From contig OZ246405.1 in NCBI GenBank assembly GCA_965231005.1, positions 949,657 through 1,013,656 on the forward strand: a DNA stretch of 64,000 bases, given 5' to 3'. The notes beneath the pieces were generated by a model that saw only the letters and a list, made by a program, of their open reading frames with translations, had not been told where the DNA came from and searched no databases. The stretch's first letter is position 1; each line of letters starts with the position of its first letter. A program made the translations under genes and the position numbers. The DNA is from an uncultured Gammaproteobacteria bacterium (GTDB lineage Bacteria; Patescibacteriota; Patescibacteriia; Magasanikbacterales; UBA922). Shown here piece by piece: positions 37,866 to 46,756 of this stretch.

Positions 37866-37960
37866 ACTAGTTATTAGCTACTAGCTAATAGTTATTAGTT
37901 ATTAGACAAACAAAGAGAGTAGAACCAAGTCATCTAATAACTAATAACTAGTAACTAATG
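37866..37960. repeat. stop-codon-rich palindromic intergenic element (TTATTAG/CTAATAA family)
   Basis: arms ctagttattagctactagctaatagttattagttattagac / catctaataactaataactagtaactaatg flanking a 25-nt spacer. Confidence 0.5.
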
Positions 37961-38042
37961 TCTTTTATTAATATAAAAAGATCATACCACAATTGCCCTT
38001 TCGTGACTACACAAAAAGACCATAATTTGATATACTCTTCCC

Positions 38043-38723
38043 ATGAGAAAAAGAATTGAAAACATAGAAATACAAGAACCCCCACTACGTGAAATAAACA
38101 AGAAAAAATCCTGTGTACGCAGAAGCTGTACCACAGGTTGTGGGTGCATAGTCTTATTTCTCATAGGACTATTGATTGCATTAAAATTTTTCTTGGTTTC
38201 ATCACCAAAAAATTTGAAAGAAATTCCAAAAAGCTTTCCAAATGATATCCCTATTTATGATGAAGACCGCGTCTCACATATATCATTTGTTTCTGGAAAA
38301 CAAAAGGGACGTGTTATTGAAATGTCAGCATATATTCCAAAACTCTTGCTTTCTCCGTTCCGAGTTATTTTAAATAAAGATATTAATGGTGATGCAACCT
38401 CAGACATAACGCAAGGAAATCTTTCAAATGTTGGTATTGATGATGTTGTAAACTTTATTCATAATCCAACAATTGATCAGCGTGACATAGTTCAAATTGA
38501 GTGGGATGATCTTTTGGCTGAACCATTGTTTATTCAAAAATACTACGAAACACAATTAAAAAAGAAAGGATATAAGATAAAAAATGAAAAAAATTCCTCT
38601 TCTGCATACGAGCTAAGCTTTGAAGGAAGAGGTGTTGATGGATCTGTCTTTATAAAAGATGATGTATCAGAAGATGGCACTGACTACCTTTCTTTAACAG
38701 TCAGTACTCCCCCCGTGCAATAG
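38043..38723 (+). CDS. hypothetical membrane-anchored protein flanked by two palindromic elements
   Basis: single TM near N-terminus (CGCIVLFLIGLLIALKFFLV), 226 aa. Confidence 0.45.
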   Translation: MRKRIENIEIQEPPLREINKKKSCVRRSCTTGCGCIVLFLIGLLIALKFFLVSSPKNLKEIPKSFPNDIPIYDEDRVSHISFVSGKQKGRVIEMSAYIPKLLLSPFRVILNKDINGDATSDITQGNLSNVGIDDVVNFIHNPTIDQRDIVQIEWDDLLAEPLFIQKYYETQLKKKGYKIKNEKNSSSAYELSFEGRGVDGSVFIKDDVSEDGTDYLSLTVSTPPVQ

Positions 38724-38866
38724 TTATTAGATACTAGTTAATAGTTATTAGACCAGAACACGATGATTCTTGTGCACATGTTCTATCTCTGTAAATAATA
38801 ACATTGGCACAAGAGCTATGCCGGAAAAAATCTAGTAACTAATAACTATTAGCTAATAACTAGTAA
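38721..38866. repeat. stop-codon-rich palindromic intergenic element (same family)
   Basis: arms tagttattagatactagttaatagttattagac / tctagtaactaataactattagctaataactagtaa, ~77-nt spacer. Confidence 0.5.
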
Positions 38867-38869
38867 AGC

Positions 38870-39787
38870 ATGAATATTAGAGAAATCTCACAAAACGGTC
38901 TTACCTGGGTCAATATTGATGAAGTAAATGAAGAATCTCTTGCTTATTTGAGGGAGAATTATAATTTTCATCACTTAGACTTGGAAGATATTCAAAGTGA
39001 TAGCCAATCTCCAAAAATTGATATTTATAAAAAATATGTTTTTGTTATTTTGCAATTCCCAGATTGGAATGCAAAACGTGGGACCATCCTTCCTCATCAA
39101 ATTGATTTCTTTGCAGGCGATGGGTTTCTTATTACCATTCAACATCACTCATCCAAATCAATGAAAGATACGTTTCGAAGATGGTTAAAAAATAAACGTG
39201 TGAAAAAAGAATGGATGGATAAAAATTCTGGATATCTGTTATACAGTATTGTTGAATCACTATTTCATGGCTCACGTCCAATTTTAAATGATCTGGGAAG
39301 AAAAATTTACAATGTTGAGCAAGAAATTTTTGAAGGTGAACAAGACAATGACATTATTAAAGAACTTGCACTGCACAGAAGAAATGTTCTTGGCTTCCGA
39401 CGCATTATTGATCCACAACGATATTTAATGGCAAATCTTTCTCATATTCGTACGCCATTTTTAAACGAAGACACATCACTTTATTTTGATGATATCAATG
39501 ACTACTTGAGTAAATTGTGGGCAACGGTTGATACATATAAAGATACGATCCAAGGACTGCATGTCACTGTTGAATCTTTGATTAATCAGCGAACAAACAA
39601 AGTTATTTCTGCACTAACTGTTATTTCTGTTTCTCTTCTCCCGCTTACCCTCCTTTCTGGAATTTATGGAATGAATATTGATCTCCCATTTATGGATCAT
39701 CCAGGATTTGTGTGGGGAATTTTCCTTATTCTTTCTGCTGTTATTATTTTATTAATAACAATAATGAGGAAGAAACGATGGATATAG
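38870..39787 (+). CDS. corA: CorA-family Mg2+/Co2+ transporter
   Basis: C-terminal two TMs with 'YGMNIDLPFMD' GMN motif. Confidence 0.8.
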   Translation: MNIREISQNGLTWVNIDEVNEESLAYLRENYNFHHLDLEDIQSDSQSPKIDIYKKYVFVILQFPDWNAKRGTILPHQIDFFAGDGFLITIQHHSSKSMKDTFRRWLKNKRVKKEWMDKNSGYLLYSIVESLFHGSRPILNDLGRKIYNVEQEIFEGEQDNDIIKELALHRRNVLGFRRIIDPQRYLMANLSHIRTPFLNEDTSLYFDDINDYLSKLWATVDTYKDTIQGLHVTVESLINQRTNKVISALTVISVSLLPLTLLSGIYGMNIDLPFMDHPGFVWGIFLILSAVIILLITIMRKKRWI

Positions 39788-39790
39788 AAA

Positions 39791-39882
39791 GAAATTAGAA
39801 ACTGGAAATTAGAAATTAGGGAATCACAAAAGTCGTACATATCAGAATCCCCAATTTCCAATTTCGAATTTCCAATTTCCAG
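39791..39882. repeat. long imperfect palindrome (GAAATTAG variant) between corA and murJ
   Basis: gaaattagaaactggaaattagaaattagggaatc vs gaatccccaatttccaatttcgaatttccaatttccag; mismatches become G.U pairs only in the minus-strand transcript. Confidence 0.45.
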
Positions 39883-39888
39883 CTAAAG

Positions 39889-41502
39889 ATGATCAAAAAA
39901 TTTTTTTCTTCTCAGTCAAAGACAATTACTGGTGCTGCCATTATCCTTGGGGCAGCTTCTTTTGTTAGCCGGATTATTGGCGTGCTTCGGGACAGAATCT
40001 TTGCACATCAATTTGGTGCAGGGGAAATTCTTGATGCATATTATGCAGCATTTCGTATTCCAGACTTAGTGTACAACCTTCTTGTTGTTGGAGCACTTTC
40101 TGCAGGATTTATTCCTGTGTTTATGGAACTGCTTGTAAAGGACAAAAAAGAAGCATGGAATGTAACAAATAGCATTATAAATATTCTTGGTATTGCATTG
40201 ATTTTTTTCTGTGCTGTTCTCATTGTATTTACACCACAGCTCATGAAATACATTGTTCCTGGTTTTTCTCCTGAACAATTACAAACAACTGTGATGCTGA
40301 CAAGAATTATGTTTTTAAGTCCAATTCTTCTTGGTATTAGCAGTGTTGTCAGTGGTGTACTCCAATCGTTCAAGTCATTTCTTGTATATGCCCTAACACC
40401 AATCATGTACAACATTGGGATTATTATTGGAGCAATATTTTTTGTACCAAAGGTTGGTATTGTTGGACTTGCCTATGGTGTGATTCTTGGTGCACTTCTC
40501 CATTTAACAATTCAACTTCCAACATTTTTTCATCATGGATTTAGATATAAATTTATTTTCTCTTTCAAACACAGTGCTGTGAAAAAAATATGTAAACTTA
40601 TGGTTCCAAGAACACTCGGTCTTGCCACCATTCAGTTCAATCTTATTGCCATGACAATTATTGCATCGCTGATTAGTTCTGGAAGTATTAGTATTTTTAA
40701 CTTTGCAAGTAATTTGCAATATTTTCCAATTGGCATTGTAGGCATTTCATTTGCTGTTGCAGCATTTCCTGCGTTTGCACGTGCGATTGCAGAGGATAAG
40801 CGAGAAAAAATGATTTCTCATCTTTCCATGACAATAAGGCAAATCTTATTCTTTATTATTCCACTTACGATTTTATTTTTACTTCTTCGTGCACAAATTG
40901 TTCGTGTTGTTTTGGGAAGTGGTCAGTTTGATTGGACAGATACAATTCTTACTGCAGACACGCTTGCATACTTTTCTATATCTCTTTTTGCTCAATCGCT
41001 TATTCCCCTTTTTGCACGAGCATTTTATGCGCTTCAAGATACATGGACACCATTTCTCACAGGTCTTGTTGGAACAGTGGTCAATATTGTATTTGCATGG
41101 TATTTAAAAGATTCACTTGGTATTGCAGGACTTGCACTTGCATTTTCCTGCGGCGCTGTAGTGCAGCTTGCACTCTTGTGGGTTGTGCTTCGATTTAAGC
41201 TCAAAACAATTTATGAATTTAGCATTTTAAAATCATTATATAAAATTTCTATTGCTGCGATTTGTATGACTGCTGTTGTACAAGTTCTCAAAACTCCGCT
41301 TGCATCACTTGTTGACATGACAAAATTTTGGGGAATTCTTACACAAGGATTTGTTGCAGGAACTATTGGTCTTCTTCTTTATGCAGGAGTCTGCTACATT
41401 CTTCAGGTTCATGAAATGATTATTCTTCAAAAAAGTTTGAAAAAGAAATGGTTGAAATTAATGAATATTCAGGGTGAGGTTGGAAGTGCAGATGAAATAT
41501 AG
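39889..41502 (+). CDS. murJ: lipid II flippase MurJ (MOP superfamily)
   Basis: 14-TM profile, 'GAASFVSRIIGVLRDRIFAHQFGAG', 'RIPDLVYNLLV'. Confidence 0.8.
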   Translation: MIKKFFSSQSKTITGAAIILGAASFVSRIIGVLRDRIFAHQFGAGEILDAYYAAFRIPDLVYNLLVVGALSAGFIPVFMELLVKDKKEAWNVTNSIINILGIALIFFCAVLIVFTPQLMKYIVPGFSPEQLQTTVMLTRIMFLSPILLGISSVVSGVLQSFKSFLVYALTPIMYNIGIIIGAIFFVPKVGIVGLAYGVILGALLHLTIQLPTFFHHGFRYKFIFSFKHSAVKKICKLMVPRTLGLATIQFNLIAMTIIASLISSGSISIFNFASNLQYFPIGIVGISFAVAAFPAFARAIAEDKREKMISHLSMTIRQILFFIIPLTILFLLLRAQIVRVVLGSGQFDWTDTILTADTLAYFSISLFAQSLIPLFARAFYALQDTWTPFLTGLVGTVVNIVFAWYLKDSLGIAGLALAFSCGAVVQLALLWVVLRFKLKTIYEFSILKSLYKISIAAICMTAVVQVLKTPLASLVDMTKFWGILTQGFVAGTIGLLLYAGVCYILQVHEMIILQKSLKKKWLKLMNIQGEVGSADEI

Positions 41503-41550
41503 TAAAAGGCCTTAAAGGCTTTAAAAGCCATAAATGCCGTAAAGGCTAAA
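41501..41550 (+). repeat. short imperfect tandem repeat (~5 x 9-mer TTAAAGGCT) overlapping the murJ stop
   Basis: taaaaggcc ttaaaggct ttaaaagcc ataaatgcc gtaaaggct. Confidence 0.4.
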
Positions 41551-41551
41551 C

Positions 41552-41580
41552 AAAAAAAACACCTTTTTAGGTGTTCTTTT
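41552..41580. terminator. bidirectional intrinsic terminator (AACACCT-tttt-AGGTGTT with A8/T-run flanks)
   Basis: caaaaaaaacacctttttaggtgttctttt. Confidence 0.65.
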
Positions 41581-41686
41581 TGATATCCCCGAACCTTGCA
41601 GTGCGTATTCGTGCGAATACCAACCTTGCTTGGATTCGGGGTGTGGTCCCCTTGTTGAATGTGAATCCCAGGATCGAACCTTTTGA

Positions 41687-42268
41687 TCAGTCTGCGACCA
41701 CGGCCCAGGTGTTCCAGTACTCGAGCGTCTCCTTCGCGTTGGTGCGCACGTCGAACATGTCCCAGTCGTTCACCTCGTTGTTGCCACCGGCGAGGTTGTA
41801 GACCAGTCGGTACGGCGTCAACGCAGCCTTGGGACCGGCGAATGCGAGGACTGCGACGATGACGTGGGTGCAGTCGCTCGCCTTGATCCGCGCTTCTTCC
41901 TCGGGCTCGTCAGCGATGTCCGGATCGTTCAGGTACGCATCACGCGTGTACACCACGCAAGCCAGACCTTCGACTTCGGCAGCCTTGTCTCGACGCAGGA
42001 ACATGCCGGGCTGGCCCCGGTGCGTACGAACCACGTAGTCGTCCGGATCCTTGGACTTATGACCCACACCGGCCGACACCGACGACCACGCAGACTCGGG
42101 CAGATGCACGAAGTGCTGACCTTCTGCACGGTCACCCGACGAGTCATGGGAATCGACCGCGCTGGTCAGTGCAGCCATGAACGAATCGGTGTCGATGACC
42201 TTGGAACCGATCACACCAGTGCTCTTGAAGGCGGTCAGGTCGCCGTAGATCTCAAACTTGATGCTCAT
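41687..42268 (-). CDS. hypothetical protein (GC-rich island, gene 2 of 2)
   Basis: GGGAGG SD, start at second ATG (6-nt spacing); ~60% GC; no recognisable motif. Confidence 0.45.
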   Translation of the reverse strand: MSIKFEIYGDLTAFKSTGVIGSKVIDTDSFMAALTSAVDSHDSSGDRAEGQHFVHLPESAWSSVSAGVGHKSKDPDDYVVRTHRGQPGMFLRRDKAAEVEGLACVVYTRDAYLNDPDIADEPEEEARIKASDCTHVIVAVLAFAGPKAALTPYRLVYNLAGGNNEVNDWDMFDVRTNAKETLEYWNTWAVVAD

Positions 42269-42329
42269 CATGTGCCTCCCGGCGTTGTAATCCAATCGAC
42301 CAGCAAGGTCGAAGGATGTAGAAAATGTG

Positions 42330-42363
42330 GAGAAGAGAAATATTAATCTCTCTTCTCCACACC
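42330..42363. terminator. perfect 12-bp palindrome GTGGAGAAGAGA-n9-TCTCTTCTCCAC between the two island genes
   Basis: probable terminator/operator; short T-run (ATTTTCT) on minus strand. Confidence 0.45.
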
Positions 42364-42594
42364 TTCAAAGTGGGGTCACTTTAAAGAGCGATTGCTTTTC
42401 GTCCTTGTCATATTCTGTTTGGACTTCAGCCATAGGCTGAACAGTTTCCACTGTCATCAGTACTGAATTCATCAGTAGAAGCGATGCGGAATAGATAGCA
42501 TATTCCGCACCCTCCCTTGTTGAATTGTTGTTGTCGTTCTACCCAGTCATGGCTATCATCTGTTGCCAGATCATGACTGTTTGATGAACGATTA

Positions 42595-43317
42595 CTAGCG
42601 CCGTGCGCGGCGATCAGCCCGGTCGAACCGCATCTCGATGGCCTCAGCCTCGATCTCAGCCTGCTGCTGTCTCACTTCCCCGGTCAGATCCCCGTGCGTA
42701 GCGATGTGCAGAGCGAGCATCTGCTCGAGCAGATCGATTTCCTGCTGCGCGCGACTCCACTGGCTCTCTTCCGGAAAGTCATACAGATCCGTGGTCTTGC
42801 ACCTGATCTCGTCGAGAAGCGTCACCTGAAAGGTCCACGGATCGCAGAGCTCGGGGAACTTGCGCGTGTGGCAGACCTTTCGGATGAAATGCCAGATGTG
42901 ATTCAGACGCGAGGGCTTTTCCTCGACGAACGAACCCGCACCCTCGACCACCGAGCACTGCTTGACTTCACCGTCTGCGACCTCGAGGACGAAGTAGGGC
43001 TCACGAGCCTTGCGCCAGCCCGGGCTGTACAGGCCGATGGTCAGCGTGGTGTCAGTTGCACGAACCTGCATGCGACCGCTGGAAGTGGTGTAGCAGAGTG
43101 CGCCTTCACCATCGAGCGTCCACGTTGCCTTGGTCCAGCCGAACTCGCCTTGCGGGGGCTTCTTGTCCTTGCGGGTCTCGACCAGCTTGTGCAGCTCTCC
43201 GATGTTGATGTCCGCAGGACTAACCCCGGGGGGATGACAGGTGTGACGCAGCATCCGCATGATGTACATCACGAGAGCAACGATGTTTTCAAACCGATTC
43301 TTCTTGACATTGGCCAT
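42595..43317 (-). CDS. hypothetical protein (GC-rich island, gene 1 of 2)
   Basis: AAGGAGGT SD 5 nt upstream of ATG 43317 (ORF 42595..43476 trimmed); C-terminal Arg/Glu/Gln-rich helix. Confidence 0.45.
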   Translation of the reverse strand: MANVKKNRFENIVALVMYIMRMLRHTCHPPGVSPADINIGELHKLVETRKDKKPPQGEFGWTKATWTLDGEGALCYTTSSGRMQVRATDTTLTIGLYSPGWRKAREPYFVLEVADGEVKQCSVVEGAGSFVEEKPSRLNHIWHFIRKVCHTRKFPELCDPWTFQVTLLDEIRCKTTDLYDFPEESQWSRAQQEIDLLEQMLALHIATHGDLTGEVRQQQAEIEAEAIEMRFDRADRRARR

Positions 43318-43634
43318 TGTGCACCTCCTTGGTTGTGCGAATGAGCGGCCAAACTCATGCGCTAGTGCGACCATGTTCATTATTGTTAATGGAAATGGTT
43401 GCACTACCAAGGTGGTATAAAAAGAACGGCCTTTGTGTAGAATTTTTTGCCTACACAAGACAACGTAGTCTAGCACAAAAAAAGGCTTTTGTCAAGGGGT
43501 TTTTGGCCTTTTTGGGCTAAAATAAAGGAAAAAAACAATAATTTTAGAACTTTTATGTTTTCTTGATAATAGATTTATTAATATTATTCCTGTACGGTTG
43601 ATATATAGATCCAAAATGTGTTTAATTATATACA

Positions 43635-44216
43635 GTGCTTAACGCTAACTCTATGACAGATACCGAACATAATAAATCAGACATATTAATAGTTCTTGAT
43701 GTTGATGAAACACTAATTCATGCAACAGACGAAAAATTAAATCAGAAAGAAGATTTCAAGGTCTTTGATTATTTTGTATATAAAAGACCACATTTACAAT
43801 CCTTCTTAGAAGAACTATATAAACACTTTAGGCTTGGTATTTGGTCATCTGCGAGTGATGATTTTGTAGAAGAAGTTATCAAAGTCATTGCACCAGAACA
43901 TATAGACTTTGAAATGATATGGGGCAGAAGTCGTTGTTCATTTAGAAGGGATATTGAAATTGATAGGTACTATTATGAAAAAAGGTTAAAAAAATTAAAA
44001 AGAAAGGGACATGATTTAGATAAAATTCTTTTAATTGATGATACACCAGAAAAGGCAAGAAGAAATTATGGGAATGCTATTTATATTCAAGAATTTACAG
44101 GAGATAAAGAAGATAATGAATTGCAAATATTATTAAAGTATTTGATTTCTTTGAAAGATGTTGAGAATGTTAGAGCGATAGAAAAGAGGGGGTGGAAGAA
44201 TTCGATTGAGAAATAG
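43635..44216 (+). CDS. NIF/FCP1-like HAD-family protein phosphatase (CTD-phosphatase-like)
   Basis: 'ILIVLDVDETLIHA' DxDxT motif, 'VYKRPHLQSFLEELYKHFRLGIWSSAS', 'LLIDDTPEK'. Confidence 0.65.
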   Translation: MLNANSMTDTEHNKSDILIVLDVDETLIHATDEKLNQKEDFKVFDYFVYKRPHLQSFLEELYKHFRLGIWSSASDDFVEEVIKVIAPEHIDFEMIWGRSRCSFRRDIEIDRYYYEKRLKKLKRKGHDLDKILLIDDTPEKARRNYGNAIYIQEFTGDKEDNELQILLKYLISLKDVENVRAIEKRGWKNSIEK

Positions 44217-44399
44217 AGATTCGGATTCGTTTTTCCAAAGTTACATCCCATTTAAACAGGATTTATAAAGATCAGCGGCAGTATTTTTTCTTTAAGCAAG
44301 CAAAGAGCAGTGTAGTGCTCAAAAAAAATTTTAGATACTATATATTGTGGATAACTTTATCTCATGAATATGTTATAATTTATATATAAAAATTTAATG

Positions 44400-44960
44400 T
44401 CTTTGCGGGACTCAAAGACAATGGCCGAGGAAACCCAAACCACCATTCAGGCGGGAACTTCGTAGGCAATGTCTAGAAATAGATTGCGCCCTACGCAAAG
44501 TCCCAACTAGCTTAGGGCAATGTTGCAAAACAAAGTCCTATGAAGTCTCGGCCTGGCTGGTGGTGTTTTTGTAAAAGGAATCTCTGAGTGAGTCATAATA
44601 GCCTCGTAACCACTTGCGGGGCAATATGGTTCACTTTTAAGAGCCAGGAAAATACCTTTGCTTATGCCTTGCAAAAGAAATAGCAAATGTAAAACTTCCT
44701 CTAAGCGCAAGACTGTAAGAGTCGTTGCACATAAGCGCAGACCGCGTTGCTAATATGTGTAAACCACTTATTAGGCGTTTGCCAGAGGAATCCTATTTTC
44801 CATGTATCACAAAACCGCACAATTAAGTACGGCTTGTGAGACCACTGACTAGAGATCAGTGATGGAAAATATGTTGAAAACCGAGGGTGTTCACAGACGT
44901 GTGAGCATCCTGTGGTTTTTATTTTAGAACTTATAAAAAGTTCTATAGGGGCGCGAGATT
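44400..44960 (+). ncRNA. GC-rich non-coding region, probably one or two structured RNAs (candidate tmRNA body or other stable RNA); identity unresolved
   Basis: ~50% GC, no ORF, internal T-run terminator-like sites at ~44573 and ~44927. Confidence 0.3.
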
Positions 44961-44962
44961 AG

Positions 44963-45047
44963 GGGGGAGATGTGACAGGTGTCACGGACAGGATTTATAC
45001 CCTGTTTGCTTCGTCGGCGTGGGGTTCAATACCCCTCTCCTCCACCA
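44963..45047 (+). ncRNA. 85-nt tRNA-like element with G3:U70 acceptor pair, T-arm GGGGTTCAATACCCC and 3' CCACCA (tmRNA tRNA-like domain or atypical type-II tRNA)
   Basis: acceptor GGGGGAG/CTCCTCC (7 bp incl. G.U at position 3), D-arm GTGAC-agg-TGTCAC, second hairpin ACAGG-8nt-CCTGT, encoded ACCA end; followed by GGACTTTTTTT. Confidence 0.45.
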
Positions 45048-45454
45048 AATCTTTCTCGCGTCTCTATAGGACTTTTTTTATTTTTGACGACAAAAAAATG
45101 TACCAAAGTTATCCACATTTGTCAAGTTTGTAAATGCAAAAATTGTCTTTGAACATTTTTTCCTCACAGACTTGCTTTAAAAAAAACGCTAATTTAAGCA
45201 ATTATTTTAAGAAGGCTAACGATACATTTATTATATAGTATTTTTTTTAAACACACAACACGGGTGCAATCTTTGTAAAATTTTGTAGAATTATTTTAGA
45301 GAAAAATTTCTTGCATTTTCTGCATGATTTTATTTTTTCTTCATATTGATTTTACTAGTATTACCTATAAGAAAGTAGACCGACTCATTCAGACAATTTG
45401 ATTTTCTAAATACATTAATATAATTCCCAAAAATCTCTCAAACTTATAAATACT

Positions 45455-46144
45455 ATGACCAATCTAGAAAAACAAGTCAGCGACATAACTATAGGCATTA
45501 GATTTCAGAGATCCTTCAAGATTCAGGACATACTAGGCACAATAACTGATAAACTCCTTCATGATGAAAACTCACCGCTGAGTGTAGACTACTTCCCTAG
45601 GAGAGATCAGAACTTATCCGAAATGATTCTAACAAACGACAAAGAATCTTACTTGAAGGTTAATACGGATGATATTATTTTTAGGCATTCAATTGAAAAA
45701 GACCTACACAATGACATAGAGTTTATGAAAGAATACTTAAAATATATCAGGAAATTGCTTAGAAAATATAATATTCAAAATATTACAAGAATCGGGATTA
45801 TCTACAACCATAAATTTAAGGGAGACCAATCAAAATTTGATGATGCAATAAAATCAATAACAAACAACACCCTAGTTGAAACTGATAATTTTTCATTTTC
45901 GTTCTCAAAAAAAATTCCAGATCCCACTGCCTTGTATGATACGGACGTTGATGATTATCGAAATGTTATTTATATATTTAAAAAGATTTCAGACAAAATA
46001 TTTTCTGCGAGTGTAGATTATCAAAAATATTTTAAACCACCCCTTGAGTATATCGAAGATGAACTTTACGAGAATCTATTGAATGATAGTAGACATTTTT
46101 TAGAAAAAAAGTTTTATAATATTTTTTTAGACATAGATGAGTAA
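45455..46144 (+). CDS. hypothetical protein
   Basis: 229-aa AT-rich ORF downstream of the tRNA-like element. Confidence 0.4.
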   Translation: MTNLEKQVSDITIGIRFQRSFKIQDILGTITDKLLHDENSPLSVDYFPRRDQNLSEMILTNDKESYLKVNTDDIIFRHSIEKDLHNDIEFMKEYLKYIRKLLRKYNIQNITRIGIIYNHKFKGDQSKFDDAIKSITNNTLVETDNFSFSFSKKIPDPTALYDTDVDDYRNVIYIFKKISDKIFSASVDYQKYFKPPLEYIEDELYENLLNDSRHFLEKKFYNIFLDIDE

Positions 46145-46670
46145 AAAAAATAATCCAAGAAAAAGAACTCGACAAAAAGATAGAATTGATAGAAAAAACT
46201 ATGCAGGTTCCTTGGGATTGCATCCAGTAGATGGAACTGAGAAAGAAGCATCTACTTTATCTTCAGACTCATCAACATTCAAACAAAGGGAAAGACCTAA
46301 AAAAACCAAAAAAAGACCTAAAAAGAGAAAGTCAGCAAGTAAAAAGACCTCTGATCACATAAAGAAAAATTGGGTTAACTATTTGATATCTGGTTTGTGG
46401 GTGATTGCATGCTTCTTATTTTTAAATGACTACAATTTTAATGCAGATTTAAAAGTAGCTGAGAATAAAATACTAAACATAGAAAAACGCATTACTGAAT
46501 ACAAGGAGAGCGGGATAATCTCCAAAGAGGAGTACCAAAATTTTGAAAATGAAATTGAAAAAATAAAGAATACATATTCAAAACTAGACAAAGTCAACAA
46601 ATTAGAAAAAGACCTTGAGATACTTAAAATATCTACAGAAAAAGACCTAGAAAATCTAAAGAATAGCTGA
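46137..46670 (+). CDS. hypothetical Lys-rich membrane/coiled-coil protein
   Basis: start overlaps previous stop (ATGAGTAA); one TM (WVNYLISGLWVIACFLFL) then coiled-coil. Confidence 0.4.
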   Translation: MSKKNNPRKRTRQKDRIDRKNYAGSLGLHPVDGTEKEASTLSSDSSTFKQRERPKKTKKRPKKRKSASKKTSDHIKKNWVNYLISGLWVIACFLFLNDYNFNADLKVAENKILNIEKRITEYKESGIISKEEYQNFENEIEKIKNTYSKLDKVNKLEKDLEILKISTEKDLENLKNS

Positions 46671-46756
46671 CTTGCCCCACCCCTCATTTTAAGGTAAAAT
46701 ATAAGCAAAAGAATAGAGGCCTTTTTGGCCTATTTTTGTGAATCTCTCCCTTATTT

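Noticed and set aside
41640-41700. Minus-strand tRNA suggested by GGTTCGATCC string
   Set aside because: No cloverleaf could be built (no matching T-stem or acceptor stem). Treated as part of a hairpin-rich junction.
41864-43344. Plus-strand ORFs 41864..42346 and 42694..43344 antisense to the island genes
   Set aside because: No SD. The minus-strand ORFs carry near-consensus SDs and terminator palindrome in correct positions.
44400-45060. Canonical one-piece tmRNA call for the whole 660-nt region
   Set aside because: No 5' GGGG acceptor strand complementary to the 3' end exists ~300-400 nt upstream (only the one at 44963). No convincing ...AA-stop tag frame was found by eye. Reported as tRNA-like element plus unidentified RNA.
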